This document shows, piece after piece, positions 16,331 through 24,000 of a DNA stretch of 24,000 nucleotides; the stretch's first letter is position 1; each line of letters starts with the position of its first letter. Origin of the DNA: an uncultured Enterobacterales bacterium (GTDB lineage Bacteria > Pseudomonadota > Gammaproteobacteria > Enterobacterales > Enterobacteriaceae). The translations under genes were made by a program, and so were the position numbers. The stretch lies in NCBI GenBank assembly GCA_963519305.1, contig CAUQMS010000022.1, positions 1 through 24,000 of the forward strand, given 5' to 3'. The notes below the pieces were generated by a model. That model saw nothing but the letters and a program-made list of their open reading frames with translations. It had not been told where the DNA came from and ran no database searches.

Positions 16331-16352
16331 GCAGGGTACGGTTGTACCCTGC
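16331..16352 (+). other. Intercistronic perfect hairpin between the IIC and M24 genes
   Basis: GCAGGGTAC-GGTT-GTACCCTGC: a 9-bp perfect stem (16331-16339 / 16344-16352). It lies 8 nt after the IIC stop and 9 nt before the SD AGGGAGA of the next gene. No U-tract follows (TGCCTTTC), so it is not a canonical terminator. Confidence 0.5.
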
Positions 16353-16370
16353 TGCCTTTCAGGGAGAAAC

Positions 16371-17447
16371 ATGAGTTACGCACTGCGTTTACGTCACCTT
16401 CGTCAAATGATGGCAGAGCAGCAACTGCAGGCTGTTTTGCTGACTGACCGTTTCAGCAAATATTATATCGCGCGCCTTTACAGCGCCTCCGGCTACGTGC
16501 TCATCACGCAGGAGAGCCAGACGCTGCTGGTCGATGGCCGCTATATTGCTGAGTGCCGGGAGCAAAGCCCTGAATTTGATATCAGACTGCTGAGCGAGCC
16601 TTACGGGCTGGCCCATCATTTAGCCGATATCCACCAGCAGCATCCCTGGGGATCCCTGGGAACCGATGCCGCTCAGCTAAGCCATCAGGCCTGGAATACC
16701 CTGACTGCGCAGTGTGATTTCCCTTTGCAGCACTGGGACACCCGCAGCCTGCGCCTGATTAAACAACCGGATGAAATTGAACTCATCAGTGCGGCGGCCA
16801 ATATCGCCGACCGCGCCCTGAGCAACGTGATGCCCTTTATTCAGCCCGGTATCTCTGAAAAAGCGCTGGCGGACCAGATTGAAATGGCGGTCAGACAGGC
16901 GGGCGGCAGTAAAACGTCATTTGATACTGTCGTGGTTTCCGGCCTGCGCGGCGCACTGCCTCACGGCAGACCGACGGATAAATTGCTCTCCAGCGGCGAA
17001 CTGGTGACGATAGATTTTGGCGCGGTCTTCGGGCATTACTGTTCGGACATCACCCGCACCTTTGCTCTGGGACAGGTCAGTTTTGAACTGGAGAAAATTT
17101 ACCACACCGTGTTGCGAGCGCAGCAAACCGCCCGTGAAGCCGTTCGCCCCGGTATAAGTTGTCAGGAGTTGGACTGGCTGGCGAGAGACATCATCGATGA
17201 CGCGGGCTACAGCGAATACTTCAGCCATAACCTCGGGCATGGCCTCGGTCTGGATGTGCACGAAGTCCCTTCGCTGCGTTCAGAGAATCCGCAAATACTG
17301 GAGCCGGGGATGGTTATCACCATCGAGCCGGGCATTTATATTCCGGGGATGGGTGGCGCGAGAATTGAAGATGACGTGCTGGTCACTGAAGACGGCTTCG
17401 AGTTGCTGACCGACAGCCCGCGCGAGTGGAAAGACATCTGTTTATAA
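16371..17447 (+). CDS. M24B-family Xaa-Pro aminopeptidase (YpdF/PepP-like)
   Basis: ORF 16329..17447, trimmed to MSYALRLRHLRQMMAEQQLQAVLL (ATG 16371, SD AGGGAGA). It has a creatinase-like N-domain plus pita-bread-fold metal ligands in DFGAVFGHYCSDITRT, HGLGLDVHE, TIEPGIY and ARIEDDV. At 358 aa it is similar in size and layout to E. coli YpdF. Confidence 0.9.
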   Translation: MSYALRLRHLRQMMAEQQLQAVLLTDRFSKYYIARLYSASGYVLITQESQTLLVDGRYIAECREQSPEFDIRLLSEPYGLAHHLADIHQQHPWGSLGTDAAQLSHQAWNTLTAQCDFPLQHWDTRSLRLIKQPDEIELISAAANIADRALSNVMPFIQPGISEKALADQIEMAVRQAGGSKTSFDTVVVSGLRGALPHGRPTDKLLSSGELVTIDFGAVFGHYCSDITRTFALGQVSFELEKIYHTVLRAQQTAREAVRPGISCQELDWLARDIIDDAGYSEYFSHNLGHGLGLDVHEVPSLRSENPQILEPGMVITIEPGIYIPGMGGARIEDDVLVTEDGFELLTDSPREWKDICL

Positions 17448-17460
17448 GATGAATAAGACA

Positions 17461-17482
17461 AGGGCTCAGCATGCTGAGCCCT
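17461..17482. terminator. Palindromic hairpin between the convergent M24 peptidase and argH genes
   Basis: AGGGCTCAGCATGCTGAGCCCT is a 22-nt perfect palindrome. It sits between the stops at 17447 (+) and 17506 (-). The flanking T-runs are short (CTTTCG / TTGTCTT), so termination efficiency is uncertain. Confidence 0.6.
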
Positions 17483-17505
17483 TTCGATTCAGAACGGCTT
17501 AACGG

Positions 17506-18882
17506 TTATACGCCGAGACGTGATTTCGCTTCGCGGATCGCCAGCGCCACCTGTTCAGGAGAGACGCCGCCTTTCGCCGCACGCTTGTCGAGGCAAGATT
17601 GCAGTTCAAGGATCGGATAGACATCATCGCCAATCACGCTGCTGAATTTCTGCAAATCAGCCAGCGGCAAGGCTTCCAGCGCTTTACCCTGAGCAATGGC
17701 TTCCACCACCGCTTCACCGACAATATGGTGTGCTTCACGGAACGGAACACCTTTGGCAACCAGATAGTCGGCCAGCTCGGTGGAGTTTGCGTAGCCCTGT
17801 TGCGCGGCTTCTTTGGCACGCGGGCGTTTCACCTGAATACCATCCAGCACCAGCACCGCCATGTTCAGACAATCCATCCAGGTATCAAGCGCATCGAATA
17901 GCCCTTCTTTATCTTCCTGCATGTCTTTGTTGTACGCCAGCGGCAGGCCTTTCATGGTCATCATCATGCCGGTCAGGGCGCCCTGTACACGACCGCATTT
18001 ACCACGGATCAATTCCAGCGCATCCGGGTTTTTCTTCTGCGGCATCAGGGAAGAACCCGACGTCACGCGATCCGACAAATCGACAAACGCCGCTTCGCCG
18101 CTGTTGAAGAAGATCAGGTCTTCAGCAAAACGCGACAAGTGCACCATGCTGATGGCCGCATTGGAGAGCAGTTCCATCACGTGATCGCGGTCGGAAACGC
18201 TGTCGAGACTGTTACGGGTGGCAGAGGCAAAGCCCAACCAGCCGGCCAGCTGTTCGCGGTCCATCGGGTACGCCGTTCCTGCCAGTGCGCCGCTGCCGAG
18301 CGGGCTGACATCCAGACGTTTCAGGGTATCCTGCAAACGGCTTTCATCCCGCGCCAGCATCTCAACGTATGCCATACACCAGTGGGCAAACGTTACCGGC
18401 TGTGCGCGCTGTAAATGCGTGTAACCAGGCATCACGGCGTCCTGGTTGGCTTCAGCCGTGGCGACGAGTGCTTGCTGTAAATGGTGAAGCGCTTCGCCGA
18501 GCTCAACGACCTGAGCTTTGCACCAAAGTTTGAGGTCCGTGGCCACCTGATCATTACGGCTGCGGCCAGTGTGCAGCTTTTTACCGAGGTTGCCGACTTT
18601 GTCGATCAGCTTCTGCTCAACCCAGCTGTGAATATCTTCGGCATCGCTTGCCAGAATCGCGCGCGGATTGGCGCGCACTTCTTCCAGCAGGACGTTCAGC
18701 GCGGCTTCCAGCTGCAGCTGTTCTTCAGCAGTCAATACGTTGACCGTGACCAGCGCCTTCGACCAGGCTACTGATCCGACGATATCCTGCTCCGCAAGGC
18801 GGTAATCAAAACGCAGTGAATCATTTAACTCTTTAAACCGTTGATCGGCTGCCTGGCTGAACCGTCCGCCCCAAAGTGCCAT
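17506..18882 (-). CDS. argH: Argininosuccinate lyase ArgH
   Basis: ORF 17506..18921, trimmed to [34 protein letters not shown] (ATG 18882, SD AAGGAG as rc of 18891-18896). It carries the fumarate-lyase signature [12 protein letters not shown]. Length is 458 aa. Confidence 0.95.
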   Translation of the reverse strand: MALWGGRFSQAADQRFKELNDSLRFDYRLAEQDIVGSVAWSKALVTVNVLTAEEQLQLEAALNVLLEEVRANPRAILASDAEDIHSWVEQKLIDKVGNLGKKLHTGRSRNDQVATDLKLWCKAQVVELGEALHHLQQALVATAEANQDAVMPGYTHLQRAQPVTFAHWCMAYVEMLARDESRLQDTLKRLDVSPLGSGALAGTAYPMDREQLAGWLGFASATRNSLDSVSDRDHVMELLSNAAISMVHLSRFAEDLIFFNSGEAAFVDLSDRVTSGSSLMPQKKNPDALELIRGKCGRVQGALTGMMMTMKGLPLAYNKDMQEDKEGLFDALDTWMDCLNMAVLVLDGIQVKRPRAKEAAQQGYANSTELADYLVAKGVPFREAHHIVGEAVVEAIAQGKALEALPLADLQKFSSVIGDDVYPILELQSCLDKRAAKGGVSPEQVALAIREAKSRLGV

Positions 18883-18904
18883 AACCTGTACTCCTTTAAT
18901 GTAT

Positions 18905-18931
18905 GCAAAAGGGCGCAGCATGTGCGCCCTT
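18905..18931 (-). terminator. Terminator-like hairpin between argG and argH
   Basis: The minus strand reads AAGGGCGCA-CATGC-TGCGCCCTTTTGCAT. The 7-9 bp GC-rich stem (18911-18917 / 18923-18929) is followed by a short U-run. It is 22 nt after the argG stop and directly upstream of the argH SD. Confidence 0.5.
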
Positions 18932-18953
18932 AAAATAGAGGTCTACGCGCTTA

Positions 18954-20174
18954 TTACTGCTTCTTAGCGTTCAATGCGCGAATGCGTGACGACAACGAGA
19001 ACAGACGGATGAAGCCGCCCGCGTGGCTGTGATCATACACTTCATCTTCACCGAAGGTCGCGAACTCTTCTGAGTACATGCTGTTTGGCGACTGTTTCTG
19101 AATCGCGGTCGCGGTGCCTTTGTAGAGTTTGATAACGACTTCGCCGTTCACGTCTTCTGCCAGTGCGTCAGCCGCAGCCTGAATGGATTCACGCAGTGGT
19201 GCAAACCAGCGACCATCATAAACGACATAAGACATTTCATGGCCCAGCTGTTCACGCCATTTGAAGCTGTCACGGTCCAGAACCAGCTGCTCAACGCCGC
19301 GCAGGGCCGCCATCATGATGGTGCCGCCCGGTGTTTCGTAGCAACCACGGGACTTGATACCCACCAGACGGTTTTCAACGATGTCGATACGGCCAATCCC
19401 GTGCTTCACACCCAGTACGTTCAGCGCTTCAAGGCACTGGAACGGGCTGAGTTCAACGCCGTTTACGGCAACCACTTCGCCTTTAGCCACTTTAACGGTC
19501 ACGGTTTCAGCCTGGTCCGGTGCATCTTCCGGTGCCACAGTCCATGCCCAGCAATCTTTGTTGGCTGCATTCCACGGGCTTTCCAGCACGCCGCCTTCGG
19601 TGGAGATGTGCCATGCGTTTTCGTCACGGCTGTAGATTTTTTCCAGCGACGCGGTGGTCGGGATATTACGCTCTTTCAGATAATCGAGCAGCGCCTCACG
19701 GGAACGCAGGTCCCACTCACGCCATGGCGCAACCACTTTTAGTTGTGGTGCCAGCGCGGTGTAGGTAGTTTCGAAACGTACCTGGTCGTTACCTTTACCG
19801 GTTGCACCGTGACACAGCGCATCAGCACCGACTTTCAGCGCCAGCTCAACCTGCGCTTTGGCGATCAGCGGACGAGCCATGGAAGTACCCAGCAGGTAGC
19901 TTCCTTCATACAGGGCGCCGGATTTCAGTACCGGATAAACGTAGTCTTTGATGAACTCTTCACGCAGATCAACCACGTGGCATTCAGAAGCGCCGGTACG
20001 CAGCGCTTTTTGTTCAATACCTTCCAGATCGGCACGTTCCTGACCGATATCGGCGACAAAGGCCACCACTTCACAGTCGCCGTAGTTCTCTTTCAGCCAC
20101 GGAATGATGGCTGAAGTATCCAGACCGCCGGAGTAAGCCAGAACAATTTTCTTGATGCCTTTGGTTGCTGCCAT
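18954..20174 (-). CDS. argG: Argininosuccinate synthase ArgG (short, about 400-aa type)
   Basis: 406 aa. ATP-binding motif [13 protein letters not shown], plus [13 protein letters not shown] and the synthase core. It lies between argB and argH. Confidence 0.95.
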   Translation of the reverse strand: MAATKGIKKIVLAYSGGLDTSAIIPWLKENYGDCEVVAFVADIGQERADLEGIEQKALRTGASECHVVDLREEFIKDYVYPVLKSGALYEGSYLLGTSMARPLIAKAQVELALKVGADALCHGATGKGNDQVRFETTYTALAPQLKVVAPWREWDLRSREALLDYLKERNIPTTASLEKIYSRDENAWHISTEGGVLESPWNAANKDCWAWTVAPEDAPDQAETVTVKVAKGEVVAVNGVELSPFQCLEALNVLGVKHGIGRIDIVENRLVGIKSRGCYETPGGTIMMAALRGVEQLVLDRDSFKWREQLGHEMSYVVYDGRWFAPLRESIQAAADALAEDVNGEVVIKLYKGTATAIQKQSPNSMYSEEFATFGEDEVYDHSHAGGFIRLFSLSSRIRALNAKKQ

Positions 20175-20237
20175 GATGATTTCCTTTAAAAAATTTATTG
20201 ATTCAATAAGTCGGTCAATGGGGTTTCAGTACGGCGG

Positions 20238-21011
20238 TTACGCCAGAATTCGGGTACCAATCGCCGTACCGTTAAACAGGGCCGGTAACTGCTCGGCGTG
20301 ACGCCAGCTGGCAATATCCACCGGGCGGCCGAGTGAACGTGCGGCGTCCAGCGCGGCGTGAACTTTCACAATCATGCCGTCGGTAATAATGCCCTGTTCA
20401 ATCAGCTGTTCGGCTTTTTGCGCCGACATTTCAGGAATGCGCTGGCCTTTACCGTCGAGAATACCGCTGACATCTGACAGCAGGATTAAATCTGCACCCA
20501 GCGTTGCCGCCAGTGCCGTCGCAGCCTGATCGGCGTTGACGTTCATCAGCTCACCTGTTGCAGTGATACCAATAGAGCTGACAATTGGCAGATAACCCGC
20601 GCCGGTCAGCGTGTTAATCAGCGCTGGAGAACCCACTTCGGCTTTGCCGACGTTGCCCAGCTCTTCGCTCAGCTGCGTTACGCTGACTGAGCCGCCATCG
20701 GCCAGTGAGAGGCCAACCGCGTTAATGTTGTGTTTAATCGCCCACGCCAGCAGGGTTTTGTTGGCGCTGCCGGCCAGTGCGCCGGTAATAATGTCAATCT
20801 GATCTGCCGGAGTGACACGCAGACCGGCCTTTTTCACAACCGGCAGATTCAGTTTCTTCATCAGCTCATCGACCAGGCAGCCGCCGCCGTGAACGATCAC
20901 CAATGGGCGCTGATATTGCTGGCGGTAAGTCACCAGCGCCATGAACAGGCGCTCAAGCGCTTCTTCATTGTCCAGCAACACACCACCTAATTTGATAACT
21001 AACGGATTCAT
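20238..21011 (-). CDS. argB: Acetylglutamate kinase ArgB
   Basis: 257 aa. [14 protein letters not shown]..., with VIVHGGG and the amino-acid-kinase fold. It is colinear with E. coli ArgB. Confidence 0.95.
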   Translation of the reverse strand: MNPLVIKLGGVLLDNEEALERLFMALVTYRQQYQRPLVIVHGGGCLVDELMKKLNLPVVKKAGLRVTPADQIDIITGALAGSANKTLLAWAIKHNINAVGLSLADGGSVSVTQLSEELGNVGKAEVGSPALINTLTGAGYLPIVSSIGITATGELMNVNADQAATALAATLGADLILLSDVSGILDGKGQRIPEMSAQKAEQLIEQGIITDGMIVKVHAALDAARSLGRPVDIASWRHAEQLPALFNGTAIGTRILA

Positions 21012-21065
21012 AGCTGTTTGCGCCTCAACCGGTTAAAAGTATGTACTTGATTTTATCTAAGGTTT

Positions 21066-22070
21066 TTATAGCAGTGATTGTGTTTCGGGGAAACCAAATC
21101 GCAGGTTAAGACATTGCACAGCCTGCGCGGATGCGCCTTTGAGCAGGTTGTCTTCCGTAGCGACGACAATCAGATGCTCGCCTTTCACCGCAAAACCGAT
21201 ATCACAGAACGGCAGCCCCACCACATCTTTCAGCGCCGGAACGCCTTTGGTGTAGAGACGCACCAAAGGTTTATCGTGATAGGCGTTGTGGAATGCTTCC
21301 GCTATGTCCTGTGCCGTCACGCCCGCTTTCAGCCGGCAGGTGATGGTCGCCAGAATACCGCGCGGGAAATTACCCAGATGTGGCGTAAAAATTACCGGCA
21401 CGCCAAGGTGCTCGACAATTTCCGGGTGATGACGGTGATTGAACAGACCGTAAGGTTGCAGGCTGACTTCACAGAAGCTGTTGCCGATAGACGCTTTACG
21501 CCCTGCGCCGCTGACGCCGCTGGTGGCGTTGATCACCGGCCACTGGCTGTCATTAAGCAGGTCGTTTTCGAGCAGAGGTTTGAGCGCCAGCTGCGAGGCC
21601 GTCGGGTAACAACCCGGCACGGCGATAAGCTGCGCGTCTTTGATTTTGTCAGCCTGCCATTCGGCCAGGCCGTACACCGCCTTGTCCAGCCAGTCGAGAT
21701 GCTGGTGTTCAAAGCCGTAAAATTCGGAGTAAAACTCGGGTTTGTTAACGCGAAACGCACCGGACAAATCAAACACCACGCAACCGGCCGCCAGAAACTG
21801 CGGGGCTAAGTCGTGGCTGACTTCATGAGCCGTGGCCAGAAAAACCACATCGACGCCTTTCGCGGCTTCCTGAACATTGTTCATCGCTAAAACAGGCAAA
21901 TCTACAATGCCTTTTAACTGCGGATGCAAATCAGAAAGTAATTTTCCTGCATCTGCACTTTGCGCTGAAACCGTTAAACCGGTTATGTTCATATGTGGGT
22001 GGCGACTCAGGTAAGCCGCGAGCTCAGCTCCGGCATAACCAGTGGCACCAACAATCAGCGTATTCAACAT
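21066..22070 (-). CDS. argC: N-acetyl-gamma-glutamyl-phosphate reductase ArgC
   Basis: 334 aa. [17 protein letters not shown] (NAD(P)-binding) and the active-site Cys in VPGCYPTA. Confidence 0.95.
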   Translation of the reverse strand: MLNTLIVGATGYAGAELAAYLSRHPHMNITGLTVSAQSADAGKLLSDLHPQLKGIVDLPVLAMNNVQEAAKGVDVVFLATAHEVSHDLAPQFLAAGCVVFDLSGAFRVNKPEFYSEFYGFEHQHLDWLDKAVYGLAEWQADKIKDAQLIAVPGCYPTASQLALKPLLENDLLNDSQWPVINATSGVSGAGRKASIGNSFCEVSLQPYGLFNHRHHPEIVEHLGVPVIFTPHLGNFPRGILATITCRLKAGVTAQDIAEAFHNAYHDKPLVRLYTKGVPALKDVVGLPFCDIGFAVKGEHLIVVATEDNLLKGASAQAVQCLNLRFGFPETQSLL

Positions 22071-22231
22071 GGGGTCTGTTCACCTTCTCAACTTAACTGT
22101 ATGGCTTTGCGATACAGCGTACTACTTAGGTAACAGGGATCACCGCGTTATACGCCGTTCACCCGCGAAATTTTCGACCATTTCGTTTTGCGAAGCCGGT
22201 AAACTTTTCCGGTTTCCTTACGTGCTGGCTT

Positions 22232-22270
22232 AATGTATTTTTATTCACATAAACTGCATGAATATGAATA
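22232..22270. promoter_or_regulatory. Tandem ARG boxes (ArgR operator) of the divergent argE / argCBGH control region
   Basis: AATGTATTTTTATTCACA (22232-22249), a 3-nt gap, then ACTGCATGAATATGAATA (22253-22270), compared with the consensus WNTGAATWWWWATTCANW. Box 1 is a strong match and box 2 a moderate one. The 3-bp spacing is canonical. The reverse complement closely resembles the E. coli argECBH operator as recalled from memory. Confidence 0.75.
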
Positions 22271-22295
22271 CTACCCTAACTAAAGGCTGTCAACA

Positions 22296-23447
22296 GTGAA
22301 GATGAAATTACCTCCTTTTATTGAGCTTTACCGGGCGTTAATCGCGATACCTTCGATCAGTGCCACAGACAGCGCATTGGATCAAAGTAATGAAACCTTA
22401 ATCAACGTGTTGGCTGGCTGGTTCCGCGATCTCGGCTTTAAGGTTGAGATTCAGCCCGTACCCAATACCCGCAATAAATTCAACATGTTGGCCAGCACCG
22501 GCGAAGGCGCAGGTGGTCTGCTGCTGGCGGGTCATACTGATACCGTTCCTTACGACGATGGCCGCTGGACCCGTGACCCTTTCACCCTGACCGAACACGA
22601 AAATAAGCTGTACGGTTTGGGTACAGCTGACATGAAAGGTTTCTTTGCATTTATCGTCGATGCGCTGCGTGATGTCGACATCACCAAACTGACTAAACCG
22701 CTATATATTCTGGCAACCGCCGATGAAGAAACCACCATGGCCGGTGCCAGCTATTTTTCAAAGAATACGGCGATTCGCCCGGACTGCGCGATCATCGGCG
22801 AACCGACCTCACTTAAACCGGTTCGCGCGCATAAAGGCCATATCTCTAACGCCATCCGCATTACCGGTCAGTCAGGCCATTCAAGCGATCCGGGGCGCGG
22901 CGTTAACGCCATCGACCTGATGCATGACTCCATCACCCAGCTGATTGGCCTGCGCAATACGCTGAAAACCCGTTATAACCACAGCGGCTTTGTCATTCCT
23001 TATCCCACCATGAACTTTGGCCACATCAGCGGCGGTGACGCGGCCAACCGCATCTGCGCCTGCTGCGAACTGCACATGGATATCCGCCCGCTGCCGGGGC
23101 TGACATTATCTGATCTGGACGGACTGCTGCAGGAAGCGCTGGAACCGGTGAGCAGCCGCTGGCCTGGCCGTGTGTCTATCGAAGAGCTGCATCCGCCGAT
23201 CCCCGGTTATGAGTGCCCGCCGGACCACCAGCTGGTTCAGGTGGTGGAAAAACTGCTCGGCGTGGAAACGGAGATCGTCAACTACTGTACTGAAGCCCCG
23301 TTTATTCAGGAGCTGTGCCCGACGCTGGTGCTTGGCCCCGGTTCTATTGAACAGGCGCATCAGCCAGACGAATACCTTGATACGGCCTTTATCAAACCGA
23401 CCCGCGAGTTGATCACGCAGGTCGTGCACCATTTCTGCTTCCACTAA
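22296..23447 (+). CDS. argE: Acetylornithine deacetylase ArgE
   Basis: 383 aa from GTG 22296 ([23 protein letters not shown], versus E. coli [23 protein letters not shown]). M20 motifs [20 protein letters not shown] and ATADEETTM are present. The C-terminus is ...QVVHHFCFH. Confidence 0.95.
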   Translation: MKMKLPPFIELYRALIAIPSISATDSALDQSNETLINVLAGWFRDLGFKVEIQPVPNTRNKFNMLASTGEGAGGLLLAGHTDTVPYDDGRWTRDPFTLTEHENKLYGLGTADMKGFFAFIVDALRDVDITKLTKPLYILATADEETTMAGASYFSKNTAIRPDCAIIGEPTSLKPVRAHKGHISNAIRITGQSGHSSDPGRGVNAIDLMHDSITQLIGLRNTLKTRYNHSGFVIPYPTMNFGHISGGDAANRICACCELHMDIRPLPGLTLSDLDGLLQEALEPVSSRWPGRVSIEELHPPIPGYECPPDHQLVQVVEKLLGVETEIVNYCTEAPFIQELCPTLVLGPGSIEQAHQPDEYLDTAFIKPTRELITQVVHHFCFH

Positions 23448-23477
23448 TCCTGTATTGCGTATGGAGCAGAAACAAAC

Positions 23478-23500
23478 AGGGCACCTGCGGGTGCCCTTTG
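23478..23500 (+). terminator. Probable terminator after argE
   Basis: AGGGCAC-CTGCGG-GTGCCCT (23478-23497) followed by TTG. The stem is GC-rich but the U-tract is short. Confidence 0.5.
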
Positions 23501-23750
23501 ATACTGTACAAAAGCGTGATTAGCCAAACTGATATCGCGCTGGCGATGATGAAAATTCAGCAACTTTGCCAAAAACACCATTTTTCTAGTGAGGAAATCG
23601 GTCGTTTTGCGGTAAAACAGGTGCTGTTTTTGAAAATGTGATCAAGTTCGCAGTGTAAAAATGAATCAAGGCGACAGCGTCTTACGGGTGATAGTTATTT
23701 ACAGAAAATATAATTTTAAATAAAAGAACGGGTAGAGGGTCAGAGGCGAT

Positions 23751-24000
23751 ATGAACGAACAATATTCCGCAATGCGCAGTAATGTCAGTATGTTAGGTAC
23801 ACTGCTTGGCGACACGATCAAAGATACGTTGGGAGAGCATATCCTTGATCGTGTTGAGAAAATTCGTAAGTTATCCAAATCCTCACGCGCCGGTAATGAG
23901 GCAGATCGTAAGGAGCTGCTTTCCACGCTGCAAAATTTGTCCAACGACGAACTGCTGCCCGTGGCCCGTGCTTTCAGCCAGTTTTTGAATTTAACCAACG
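23751..24000 (+). CDS. ppc: Phosphoenolpyruvate carboxylase Ppc (5' partial, runs off the window)
   Basis: Absent from the ORF track because there is no stop in the window. ATG 23751 (SD AGAGG at 23742-23746) translates to [83 protein letters not shown]. This is nearly identical to the E. coli Ppc N-terminus. Its position after argE matches E. coli. Confidence 0.95.
   Translation, partial: MNEQYSAMRSNVSMLGTLLGDTIKDTLGEHILDRVEKIRKLSKSSRAGNEADRKELLSTLQNLSNDELLPVARAFSQFLNLTN

Noticed and set aside
21078-21809. A 243-aa plus-strand ORF antisense to argC; similar cases are 19239..19742 and 19743..20114 antisense to argG
   Set aside because: They are embedded antisense to highly conserved arg genes and have no motifs. 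The sense genes explain the open frames.
22042-22233. A 63-aa plus-strand ORF filling the argC-argE intergenic region
   Set aside because: It starts antisense within the argC start codon region and ends at the ARG boxes, upstream of where the argE promoter must lie. It has no SD and no family resemblance. The region is better explained as the argCBGH leader and control region.
23546-23641. A 31-codon plus-strand ORF (MMKIQQLCQKHHFSSEEIGRFAVKQVLFLKM) in the argE-ppc spacer, with a weak AAAACAG-GTG-CTGTTTT hairpin near its end
   Set aside because: No SD precedes either ATG. The hairpin is all-A/U-flanked and weak. The region is more simply the ppc promoter and leader.
23699-23998. A 99-aa minus-strand ORF at the right edge
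   Set aside because: The plus strand here encodes the unmistakable Ppc N-terminus ([16 protein letters not shown]...). The minus-strand ORF is Ser/Leu-rich antisense noise.
1-24000. A search for mobile elements, integrases, tRNA/rRNA genes, CRISPR arrays, toxin-antitoxin pairs, defence systems, and compositional evidence of recent horizontal transfer for the three accessory blocks
   Set aside because: No transposase or integrase-like ORFs, terminal inverted repeats, spaced direct-repeat arrays or tRNA-like sequences were seen. Spot counts of GC in the accessory and core parts looked similar (roughly low to mid 50s percent). I cannot compute skew or codon statistics reliably by eye, so no HGT claim is made.

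Overview
This is an Enterobacterales chromosomal segment; the exact taxon cannot be determined from the sequence alone. It is colinear, in inverted orientation, with the E. coli 89-90 min region. Gene order is: rrn P1-type promoter (window edge), murI, btuB with its AdoCbl riboswitch leader, trmA, yijD-fabR, sthA, oxyR, argH-argG-argB-argC, argE, and the 5' end of ppc. All 20 complete CDSs look intact, and most ORF-track starts need trimming to the homology-supported start. Three accessory blocks interrupt the E. coli layout. (i) A rhiT/rhiN-like operon (GPH symporter plus GH105/GH88 unsaturated-uronide hydrolase) with a near-consensus KdgR box lies between trmA and yijD. (ii) A hybrid Prx5-glutaredoxin peroxidase lies divergent from oxyR, in the slot E. 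coli uses for oxyS, behind an OxyR-type 4-7-4-7-4-7-4 ATAG/CGAT site. (iii) A five-gene locus lies between that gene and argH: a LacI-family regulator, a PepV-like M20 dipeptidase, fructose-family PTS IIB and IIC, and a YpdF-like M24 Xaa-Pro peptidase, with no EI/HPr/EIIA. Block (iii) is a variant of the cryptic E. coli fry/frv permease-plus-peptidase operons, whose substrate is unknown, and it is the best candidate here for undescribed biology. I saw no rRNA or tRNA genes, IS or integrase genes, CRISPR arrays or recognisable defence systems. Regulatory calls (riboswitch, ARG boxes, promoters, terminators) come from reading the sequence and from motifs recalled from memory. None was verified by a search.
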